This document shows positions 7,950 to 15,883 of a stretch of 60,045 bases of DNA, one piece after another. The stretch lies in contig SIBV01000002.1 of assembly GCA_009694965.1 (NCBI GenBank), positions 1-60,045 of the forward strand. Reading direction: 5' to 3'. Within the stretch, counting starts at the first letter, position 1. The number at the start of each line of letters is the position of its first letter. The notes under the pieces were generated by a model, which saw only the letters and a list, made by a program, of their open reading frames with translations, made no database searches and was not told the DNA's origin. The DNA comes from Candidatus Zambryskiibacteriota bacterium. Lineage in GTDB: Bacteria > Patescibacteriota > Minisyncoccia > Phycocordibacterales > DATDWN01. Position numbers and translations under genes: made by a program.

Positions 7950-8546
7950 TTAATTATTCTCTGTAAGAGATTTCCTAAGGCGCTTGCTTATAACAAAATA
8001 CATAATTACACCAATAAAAAGACTAAAAGTAAAAAACGCAATGTACTCCAAATAGCTATTTATTCTTTGATAGGAGTCACCGACATAATAACCAATAATA
8101 ATCAGAATCAGAGACTTGGGAAGTTGCCCCACTAGATTCCATTTTATGAATTCAAAATAATTCATTCTGGCAATGCCCGCTGTCGCCTGCACAGTGCCTC
8201 CAAGCCCATGAGTAAACTTGGCTGTAAGTAGTGTTTTGGCTGGATGTTTTATGAAATGCTCCTCGATATACTTTTCATTCTCATCACTATAACCCAAATT
8301 GCTGCCAATTTTTTTAAAAATACTCGATCTTCCGCCGTATCTACCTATTAGGTAATAGAGTGTATCCCCCACCAAATCTGCAAGAATAAGGAGTGGATAG
8401 ATTATGTAAAAATTAAAAGTCCCAAGATAGATCAAAAAACCAGAGATAACAGAAATTATAGGACCCTCAAAAACAGCTATGGGAAAGACTAGCCAATACT
8501 TATAATGTTCCAAAACAGCTAGGATGTTCTCTGGAGAGATGATCAT
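7950..8546 (-). CDS. DedA family (SNARE-associated) membrane protein
   Basis: 198 aa with VFEGPIISVISGFL and a TM pattern typical of DedA. Confidence 0.8.
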   Translation of the reverse strand: MIISPENILAVLEHYKYWLVFPIAVFEGPIISVISGFLIYLGTFNFYIIYPLLILADLVGDTLYYLIGRYGGRSSIFKKIGSNLGYSDENEKYIEEHFIKHPAKTLLTAKFTHGLGGTVQATAGIARMNYFEFIKWNLVGQLPKSLILIIIGYYVGDSYQRINSYLEYIAFFTFSLFIGVIMYFVISKRLRKSLTENN

Positions 8547-8727
8547 AAATTACTTATAAAACAATGACATTTTTTTAGTAACAAAACAAGTCAAAAGAAA
8601 GTTTGAGAGGTTTTAGTTGACTCAAACCCCAAAATTTGCTTTAATTAGCCAACTTCCGGCGGTTATGCCGGTTTTTAAATCATTATAATCTAATAAAACG
8701 ACCACTCTAGGAATTCGCACCATTTAA

Positions 8728-8835
8728 TTGAAGATTTGGATGCAATTCAAGGCGGAATGAGAAAATACGAAAAGCCTTACTCGTTGTAAGGTGACGAGCA
8801 TTTTTGAAATTCCAACGCAGAAGGGCGCCAAATAT
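8728..8835 (+). repeat. family-1 structured element, copy a
   Basis: AATTCAAGGCGG ... GCCTTAC-TCGTT-GTAAGGTGACGAG ... TTCCAACGCAGAAGGGCGCCAAAT. See the family-1 finding. Confidence 0.8.
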
Positions 8836-8847
8836 ACAATTAAACAT

Positions 8848-10635
8848 ATGGAAATAAGAAATATTGCGATAATAGCGCATGTTGACCATGGGAAAACCAC
8901 CCTTACGGATGCTCTCATGAAGCAAACTGGCATGACGACTGGCGACGTGACCATGGACTCAAACGCCCTTGAACAGGAGCGTGGTATTACTATTTATGCA
9001 AAAAACACTTCTGTTTACTACCCTCCAAAAGACTCAGGCAGAATCGTTACAAAAATCAACATAGTGGATACTCCGGGACACTCCGACTTCGGTTCAGAGG
9101 TTGAGCGAGTTTTGCGATCAATCGATACTGTTCTTCTCCTAGTCGATGCTCAGGAAGGACCTATGCCGCAGACTAGATTCGTACTCAAGAAATCACTTGA
9201 ACTAGGACTCAAGCCTATTGTTATCATAAACAAAATAGACAAGCCAGCTGCAAGGCCCGACGAAGTTCATGAGATGGTCTTGGAACTTTTCCTAGAACTA
9301 GGGGCCTCCGAAGAACAACTCGACTTCACTACTGTTTTCGCGATTGGACGAGAAGGAATAGCTAAAATGAAATTGACTGACGAGTCAAAGGACCTTACTC
9401 CCCTCTTAGAAACAATTCTTAGAGAAGTGCCAGCAGCAGGTGGAGACAAAACTAAGCCAGCAAAGATGCAATCCTTTAACCTTGCATACGACAACTTCCT
9501 TGGAAGACTGGCTGTTTGTAGAGTATATGAAGGTGTTATAAAAGTTGGAGACAATGTTTTTGTAAAACAGCATCACGACGAAAATGCTGCCAAAATCGTT
9601 CCTGGAAAACTAACAAAACTTTTTAGCTTTGAAGGCGTGAAGAGAGTGGAGACCAAAGAAGCATCTGCTGGAGATATTGTGATGATCGCAGGTCTTCCAA
9701 CTGTTTATATTGGAGACACTATCTGCCAAGACGAAACGACAGAACTCCTTCCATCTATAAACATCGATGAACCAACAATCTCACTTAACTTCCTTGTAAA
9801 CGACTCTCCTTTTGCTGGACGAGAAGGAAAGTTCGTAACTGGACGACAGATTCGCGACAGACTAGAGAAAGAACTCGAAGTAAACGTCGGCCTAAAAATT
9901 GATTGGAATAACAATGAATACTTTACTGTTTACGGACGCGGAGAACTTCACATTGCTATTCTCCTAGAAAACATGAGACGAGAAGGCTATGAAATGCAGG
10001 TCTCTCAACCACAAGTTATTATCAAAGAAGAAAACGGCGTGAAAACAGAGCCTTTCGAAGAAGTTACTGTGGATGTTCCTGATGCTGTAGCGAGCGCAGT
10101 TATCTCACGTCTCACAGAAAGAAAAGGCCTTCTTATGAATATCAAACAAGGTCACGGATCACAAAGACTTACTTTTGAAATCCCAACTCGAGGACTCTTG
10201 GGTTACAGAGGACAGTTTGTCGTTGATACAAAAGGACTAGGAATTCTATCATCTCGATTTATTGAATTTCGAGACTATGTTGGAGAAGTAAACAAAACAA
10301 CTTACGGATCAATGGTTTCAATGACAGCAGGAAAAGTTTTGGCTTTTGCACTAGACAACCTACAACAAAGAGGAACTCTGTACCTTGATCCAGGAGTTGA
10401 AGTTTACGAAGGAATGGTTATCGGAAACACCTCAAAAGGCGAAGACCTGTATGTGAATCCAACCAAAGGTAAGCAGTTAACAAACATGCGAGCGTCTGGC
10501 TCGGATGGAAGTGTTTACCTAGCAGCAACCTTTAAATTAGATATCGAAAAAGCTATGGAAATTATGTCAGGTGATGAATTTATTGAAATTACTCCAAAGT
10601 CTGTACGCCTCCGAAAGAAAGTTTTGAGGAAATAG
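8848..10635 (+). CDS. typA: translational GTPase TypA/BipA
   Basis: MEIRNIAIIAHVDHGKTTL, DTPGH, NKID, ~595 aa. Start placed at ATG 8848 because the ORF-track GTG at 8791 lies inside the repeat. Confidence 0.93.
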   Translation: MEIRNIAIIAHVDHGKTTLTDALMKQTGMTTGDVTMDSNALEQERGITIYAKNTSVYYPPKDSGRIVTKINIVDTPGHSDFGSEVERVLRSIDTVLLLVDAQEGPMPQTRFVLKKSLELGLKPIVIINKIDKPAARPDEVHEMVLELFLELGASEEQLDFTTVFAIGREGIAKMKLTDESKDLTPLLETILREVPAAGGDKTKPAKMQSFNLAYDNFLGRLAVCRVYEGVIKVGDNVFVKQHHDENAAKIVPGKLTKLFSFEGVKRVETKEASAGDIVMIAGLPTVYIGDTICQDETTELLPSINIDEPTISLNFLVNDSPFAGREGKFVTGRQIRDRLEKELEVNVGLKIDWNNNEYFTVYGRGELHIAILLENMRREGYEMQVSQPQVIIKEENGVKTEPFEEVTVDVPDAVASAVISRLTERKGLLMNIKQGHGSQRLTFEIPTRGLLGYRGQFVVDTKGLGILSSRFIEFRDYVGEVNKTTYGSMVSMTAGKVLAFALDNLQQRGTLYLDPGVEVYEGMVIGNTSKGEDLYVNPTKGKQLTNMRASGSDGSVYLAATFKLDIEKAMEIMSGDEFIEITPKSVRLRKKVLRK

Positions 10636-10636
10636 A

Positions 10637-10732
10637 ATTTTCCTTTCCTTACAGGAACTGTACACTTTTCGCATTTATTAAAATGTTCAAGGTCTTGCGA
10701 AATGATAATATCATTTCTCACCTAGTATCTAA
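10637..10732 (+). repeat. family-2 element, copy 2a (3' of typA)
   Basis: CCTTACAGGAACTGTACAC...GTTCAAGGTCTTGCGAA-[atgataatatcat]-TTCTCAC. Confidence 0.75.
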
Positions 10733-10769
10733 AGCAATTTTACTCTATTTTAAATAAGTTGAAGTTGAG

Positions 10770-10808
10770 AAAAACTCCTGATACCAAGTTGGTATCAGGA
10801 GTTTTTTC
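10770..10808. terminator. bidirectional hairpin terminator
   Basis: aaaaactcctgatacc aagtt ggtatcaggagttttt, a 16-bp stem with A/T runs on both sides. Confidence 0.75.
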
Positions 10809-10821
10809 AAATCAGTATGTC

Positions 10822-11142
10822 TTAGCGACGTCCCCGTCGTGAAAACACTCTGCCAAACTGACGCCGATCGATTTTACGGCTCGGTTTACGACTAACTTGC
10901 GTCATACCTTGCATGACCGCTCGAATGTCCATCTCGTGCTGGTAAAGCTTGAGAAACACCACAAGGCTCAGAAGCATCGCGAGATACTTCAACTGCTTTG
11001 TGAACTTTGGATCTTTTCCAAGATTCCGAAGGAACCTGGAACTCACCCCAACCTTACCGGCAAGTTTCTCCGGTCCCAGGCCCAATTGCTTACTAGTTCG
11101 CTGAACATCCTCTGCGATCACTGACAATCTGACTTCATGCAT
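10822..11142 (-). CDS. small HTH (XRE-like) protein with basic C-terminal tail, GC-rich island B
   Basis: AGGAGA SD 6 nt before the ATG at 11142. LGLGPEKLAGKVGVSSRFLRNL looks like a helix-turn-helix. Sits 26 nt downstream of the truB stop. Confidence 0.55.
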   Translation of the reverse strand: MHEVRLSVIAEDVQRTSKQLGLGPEKLAGKVGVSSRFLRNLGKDPKFTKQLKYLAMLLSLVVFLKLYQHEMDIRAVMQGMTQVSRKPSRKIDRRQFGRVFSRRGRR

Positions 11143-11168
11143 CAATACTCTCCTTTTTAATCTAATCA

Positions 11169-12077
11169 TTATTTGATAGAGTCTGCAACCCTGTATTCCC
11201 CTACTGAGCCTCTAACTATATGAAAAGTGGTGGCGACAGTTCCAAGTTGTTCTGCCAAGTCTTTTACAAATTGCCTCACATAGAAACCTGAAGAAACACT
11301 CATTCTCAAAGTATCTATAATAAACTTGCTACTATCCAACTGCGTTAACTCATTTAACCACTTCTCCCATATTTCTTTTTGCCGAAAATCTCCTCGCATT
11401 GACTCAATTTTGAATTTTATGTTAACTAATAGTTCTTCCTTCGATATTGTTCTTCTCGCGACAAAATTCATCTCATAAATTTCGACTATATGACTAGGAA
11501 TTATAACTTCCCCTATTCTCCCCTCTCTTGCCCACTGAAAAAGTGGTTTACCATTAACAGGCTTAGAAGAGTAGGCGGGATATTTCTGCTCAAACTTACC
11601 ATTCACTTCTTCCAGCTCCATTTGTAAATATTTTAGACTTGGAAAATTCGTTGAAGCAACAAGTTCTTTTGGAGCCTTTCGCAGAAGTTTAGAAAATAAC
11701 AATGGTACCCCATTGATTATTTTCTTGAACGACGAGAAGTTCGCTAGGCGAGCTCGCCTAGATAGATTGCTCCAAAAAAATTGTGCTGAGAAAGAATTTT
11801 CAGAAACTACCCCTAGCACATCCAGCGTATCCGTTTCAAATCCCCACAACACCTGAACTTCATAAGCTTTATTTAAATTCTGATATTTCTGCTTTTCTTT
11901 TATCTCGTCACCTGACACAACAAGTAGGAGCCCCTCAGCCATTGGGTCTAGTCTACCCGCATAGGTCATAGATACCTCTGCATATTCAGGATTATCTTTT
12001 TTGAACCTCAAAATCCTTTCGTTTGGCGTCTCCCCTAGGTTTTTATATAGTAAATGCAGGCCTTTATTTTGATTCAT
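11169..12077 (-). CDS. truB: tRNA pseudouridine synthase (TruB-like)
   Basis: YAGRLDPMAEGLLLV catalytic-Asp motif. Start moved to ATG 12077 (MNQNKG) to avoid overlap with hisS. Confidence 0.75.
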   Translation of the reverse strand: MNQNKGLHLLYKNLGETPNERILRFKKDNPEYAEVSMTYAGRLDPMAEGLLLVVSGDEIKEKQKYQNLNKAYEVQVLWGFETDTLDVLGVVSENSFSAQFFWSNLSRRARLANFSSFKKIINGVPLLFSKLLRKAPKELVASTNFPSLKYLQMELEEVNGKFEQKYPAYSSKPVNGKPLFQWAREGRIGEVIIPSHIVEIYEMNFVARRTISKEELLVNIKFKIESMRGDFRQKEIWEKWLNELTQLDSSKFIIDTLRMSVSSGFYVRQFVKDLAEQLGTVATTFHIVRGSVGEYRVADSIK

Positions 12078-12097
12078 ATTCTGATACAATAACTCAT

Positions 12098-13390
12098 ATG
12101 TCTGACAAAACAAAACTATCGACCGAAAGTTACAAAGGTGTCCGCGACTTCTATCCAGAAGACTTGTTTATTCAAAACTATATCTTCAACACCTGGAAAG
12201 AAGTGGTTGAGAAGTTTGGTTATGTAGAATATTCAGCTTCGCTATTAGAATCCGCAGAACTCTATCGAGCAAAATCTGGTGAAGAGATTGTGAATGAACA
12301 AACATACACCTTTACTGACAGGGGTGATAGAGAAGTGACCCTGCGTCCAGAAATGACTCCAACGGTTGCGCGATTAGTAGCCGCCAAAGAAAATGAACTC
12401 GCCTTCCCACTACGCTGGTATTCTATTCCCAACCTTTTCCGATACGAGAAACCTCAGAGAGGTAGGCTTCGTGAACATTGGCAATTAAATGTTGATCTTT
12501 TTGGAGTGGAAAATAGGTCTGCTGATACGGAAATTATAACTGTTGGATACGAAATTATGAAAAAGTTTGGAGCGAAGGATACAGACTTCTCTATAAAAAT
12601 AAATAACAGAAAGATAGTAAATGCTTTGTACGGAAAGTTCGGATTAAATCCAGAAAATTCCAACAAGGCTTCAAAAGTAATCGATAAAAAGGCCAAAATG
12701 TCTCCAGATGGTTTCGAAACTGCCTTGGAAGAACTCCTTAACGACAAAACAAAAGATTTTATCTCACTACTTGAATCAGATGAGAAACTACTTGAATACA
12801 TTGGCATAGAGAATCCAGATGTAAAAGATCTAGTTGCAACTATTGACGAACTTTTGAGTGCAGGAATAGAAAATATAGTTTTCGATCCTACACTTATGAG
12901 AGGCTTCGACTACTATACTGGTATGGTCTTTGAAGTTTTCGATTTAAGCCCTGAAAATAACAGATCGCTATTTGGTGGTGGAAGATACGACGACCTCACT
13001 TCCCTATTTGGCGAAAAGAAAATCCCAGCTGTTGGGTTCGGCGAAGGAGATGTAACTATGAAGGACTTCTTGGAAACGCACGAGCTACTTCCTAAATACA
13101 AACCAAGCACGGATTTATATATTTGCTTGTTGGGGGATGAATTCCGAAGTAAAGGGAACGAAATAGCAAAAAAGCTAAGAGAGAAAGGGGTGAACGTCGC
13201 CGTAGACTTAAGCCAGAAAAAACTCGGTGAACAAATAAAAATTGCCGACAGGCAAAAAATTCCTTTTATTATCTGCGTTGGAGAAAATGAAATAAACTCC
13301 GGCATATATCCACTCAAAAATATGCTAACTGGTGTCGAAAGCAAGATAAAAATCGAGGAAGTGTCTGCAATTATTCGTAACCATTCGTAG
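12098..13390 (+). CDS. hisS: histidyl-tRNA synthetase
   Basis: KGVRDFYPED, LRPEMTP, YEKPQRGRLREHWQ, GGGRYD, 430 aa from ATG 12098. Confidence 0.92.
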   Translation: MSDKTKLSTESYKGVRDFYPEDLFIQNYIFNTWKEVVEKFGYVEYSASLLESAELYRAKSGEEIVNEQTYTFTDRGDREVTLRPEMTPTVARLVAAKENELAFPLRWYSIPNLFRYEKPQRGRLREHWQLNVDLFGVENRSADTEIITVGYEIMKKFGAKDTDFSIKINNRKIVNALYGKFGLNPENSNKASKVIDKKAKMSPDGFETALEELLNDKTKDFISLLESDEKLLEYIGIENPDVKDLVATIDELLSAGIENIVFDPTLMRGFDYYTGMVFEVFDLSPENNRSLFGGGRYDDLTSLFGEKKIPAVGFGEGDVTMKDFLETHELLPKYKPSTDLYICLLGDEFRSKGNEIAKKLREKGVNVAVDLSQKKLGEQIKIADRQKIPFIICVGENEINSGIYPLKNMLTGVESKIKIEEVSAIIRNHS

Positions 13391-13423
13391 ATTTGCATCA
13401 TTCGTATATTTGTATATTTATTT

Positions 13424-14005
13424 ATGAAAAAGATTGTATTCGATATAGAAACCAGAAACATATTTCAAGATGTGGGTTCGAGAGATCCTGCTGACTTGGA
13501 CATATCTATAGTTGGCGTATACGACTACGAAACTGATAAGTATCACAGTTTCCTCCAAGAGGAATTCGATAAAATGTGGCCGTTTTTTAAAAAAGCAGAT
13601 CTCATGATTACTTTTAATGGAGAATACTTTGATATTCCACTTTTAAACAAGTACTACAAGAAGGCAGGGCTCGGAGATTTGAAAGACATTCGCTCACTTG
13701 ATCTATTCAAAGAGGTCAAAAATTCTTCTGGCAAATGGCTGAAGCTAGATAAAATTGCTGAAGGAACGTTTGGAATAAACAAAATCGCTGACGGACTTGA
13801 GGCAGTAGTTTGGTGGAGAAAAGGTGAAGTAGAAAAAATCCGTAAATATTGTTTGGACGATGTGAAGATTACGAAAGATGTTTATGAATACTCTCTGAAA
13901 AATAAGAAAATTATTTTCAAAGAAGGACCTTTTACCAAGGAAATAAAACTGGATACGAAACATTGGGAACCGACTTTCGAAATCAAAACTCAAAGTCTTT
14001 TCTAA
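13424..14005 (+). CDS. RNase H-like / DEDD 3'-5' exonuclease domain protein
   Basis: FDIET...FNGEYFDIPLL...YCLDDV acidic motifs typical of DnaQ/PolB-exo-like nucleases. Confidence 0.7.
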   Translation: MKKIVFDIETRNIFQDVGSRDPADLDISIVGVYDYETDKYHSFLQEEFDKMWPFFKKADLMITFNGEYFDIPLLNKYYKKAGLGDLKDIRSLDLFKEVKNSSGKWLKLDKIAEGTFGINKIADGLEAVVWWRKGEVEKIRKYCLDDVKITKDVYEYSLKNKKIIFKEGPFTKEIKLDTKHWEPTFEIKTQSLF

Positions 14006-14040
14006 AACCTTTAAATCTGACGCATTTTTTTGCCGCTCGT

Positions 14041-14125
14041 TCCGTTCCATTACATGGCCAGTATACCTTTCACATCTGATTACAGACGTTCAAGGTCTTG
14101 CGAAGTGATAACATCACTTCTCACC
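14041..14125 (+). repeat. family-2 element, copy 2b (3' of the exonuclease gene)
   Basis: ...GTATACCTTTCACATC...GTTCAAGGTCTTGCGAA-[gtgataacatcac]-TTCTCAC. Confidence 0.75.
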
Positions 14126-14283
14126 ATGCGCAGTATATTTATACAGCTTAGTCACAATACTCACTCGCTCCTCAAACTGCATTCAGATTATAAAAGTTTT
14201 AGATAAAGACTTACATTATTTTAAATAATAAAAAAGTGGGTCAATAGGGCCACACATGAGCCATAGAACTTTCAAATTTGGAT

Positions 14284-14335
14284 GCGACCTAATTTTCTTT
14301 AGCGAAGCTATTAGAAAATGGAAGTACTCCCGTGG
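14284..14335 (+). repeat. X element, copy 1
   Basis: gcgacctaattttctttagcgaagctattagaaaatggaagtactcccgtgg is the near-exact reverse complement of 54241-54296. Confidence 0.7.
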
Positions 14336-14363
14336 TGAAATCCAAGTTCGCCAAATATGGAAG

Positions 14364-15152
14364 TTATATAAAAAATATGGCTAAGCTCAGGGCTATTCTG
14401 TACCATATAAATACGTTTAAATTGTGGTTTTTGAGGTATTTTATAAGAAAATTTATAGCAAATAATGCCGTTACGAAAGAAATGACGGATCCTATAAATA
14501 ACACTAATCCAAATTCATTTGTAAAAAGTTCACTTCTGACTTCCCATACTTTCAGAGATCCAGCGCCTAAAAGAATTGGAAGTGATAACAAAAAACTAAA
14601 CCTAACCGCCATCTCGCGCGTAAGTCCTAATAGCAAACCTCCAGAAATAGTAGCTCCTGATCTAGAAATTCCAGGAACTAGTGCCAATGATTGAAAAAAT
14701 CCAATTACTATCCCCTTCTTCAAAGTTAATTCTTTATCATTTTTTGCAAACTTTTCAGCAATCCAAAAAAGCACACTACCAATAATTAAAGCTCCTGCTA
14801 CAAGATCAGTATTTCTAAAAATAGTTTCCATTTTGGTCTCTAGTAGCAAGCCGATCACAATAGCTGGTATAGTACCAAAAATAATTGCCAAAAATAATAT
14901 TTTTTCCGCCTTTTCTATCTTCTGTCTTGTAATCCATTTGAAAAAACTTAGGATTAAATTATAAATATCCTTTCTAAAATAAACTATAACTGCAAAAGAG
15001 GCTGAAAGTTGTAACACCGCATCAAAGGCTAAGCCTTCAAGTTGCAAACCTAAGAATTTGCGAGCTATTATGAGGTGCCCAGTTGAAGAGACAGGTATGA
15101 ATTCAGTTGCTCCTTCGATAAACCCTAGGATAATTGCTGAAATGATGTTCAT
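14364..15152 (-). CDS. uppP: undecaprenyl-diphosphate phosphatase (UppP/BacA)
   Basis: GFIEGATEFIPVSSTGHL and PGISRSG motifs. Start moved to ATG 15152 (MNIISAI). Confidence 0.9.
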   Translation of the reverse strand: MNIISAIILGFIEGATEFIPVSSTGHLIIARKFLGLQLEGLAFDAVLQLSASFAVIVYFRKDIYNLILSFFKWITRQKIEKAEKILFLAIIFGTIPAIVIGLLLETKMETIFRNTDLVAGALIIGSVLFWIAEKFAKNDKELTLKKGIVIGFFQSLALVPGISRSGATISGGLLLGLTREMAVRFSFLLSLPILLGAGSLKVWEVRSELFTNEFGLVLFIGSVISFVTALFAINFLIKYLKNHNLNVFIWYRIALSLAIFFI

Positions 15153-15190
15153 GTAGTAAAATTGTAGCATATCAGTAATCCATACATACA

Positions 15191-15883
15191 ATGACAATTG
15201 AGAAGTTATCAGTACCAATCGCAATCGTAATATCAGGAGCTCTAATAGCTGGGGCACTGTATTACTCAAATACAAAGAATTCACAACAAGTTGTTAGCCC
15301 AACACCTGTTGCTCAGAATACAGTTGAAGAATTAAGACCTGTTTCAAATGATGATCATATACTTGGTAATCCAGATTCTGACCTAATCATAGTTGAATAT
15401 TCAGATACTGAGTGTCCATTCTGCAAGGTATTTCACAAAACAATGCAAAGAGTCATGAGTGACTATGGAAAGAATGGAAAAGTGGCATGGGTTTACAGAC
15501 ACTTCCCTATTGATCAGCTACACAAAAAAGCACGCAAGGAAGCAGAAGCAATAGAATGCGCTACTGAATTAGGTGGATCAGCTAAATTCTGGGAATATAC
15601 GAATCTACTTTACGCAACAACCAACTCAAACGACTCTTTGGATCCTGCAGAACTACCAAAAATGGCAAAGTCAGTAGGTCTAGATGTTCAAGCTTTCAAC
15701 TCTTGCCTATCATCTGGAAAATATGCAGATAAAATTGAAGCTCACTACCAAGATGCCATAAAAGCAGGTGGAAGAGGAACACCAAACTCAATTATCGTCT
15801 CAAAGGACGGAACAAAGACTCAAATTCAAGGGGCACAGCCATATGAGTCAGTGAAAAGTATCATCGATGCACTACTTCAGTAA
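15191..15883 (+). CDS. DsbA-family thiol:disulfide oxidoreductase with N-terminal TM anchor
   Basis: Thioredoxin-fold CPFC active site and a hydrophobic N-terminus. Confidence 0.85.
   Translation: MTIEKLSVPIAIVISGALIAGALYYSNTKNSQQVVSPTPVAQNTVEELRPVSNDDHILGNPDSDLIIVEYSDTECPFCKVFHKTMQRVMSDYGKNGKVAWVYRHFPIDQLHKKARKEAEAIECATELGGSAKFWEYTNLLYATTNSNDSLDPAELPKMAKSVGLDVQAFNSCLSSGKYADKIEAHYQDAIKAGGRGTPNSIIVSKDGTKTQIQGAQPYESVKSIIDALLQ

Noticed and set aside
8791-8847. ORF-track N-terminal extension of typA (GTG at 8791).
   Set aside because: The extension is the translation of family-1 repeat copy a. The conserved GTPase N-terminus (MEIRNIAIIAHVDHGKTT) starts at ATG 8848. Similar over-extensions into repeats or promoters were trimmed for rpsP, smc, uppP, the UvrD-like helicase, nusB, rpmF, rnr, pif1-like, truB, the 35116 gene and the 19391 gene.
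14332-14694. A 120-aa plus-strand ORF.
   Set aside because: It is antisense to uppP, which has unmistakable BacA motifs.
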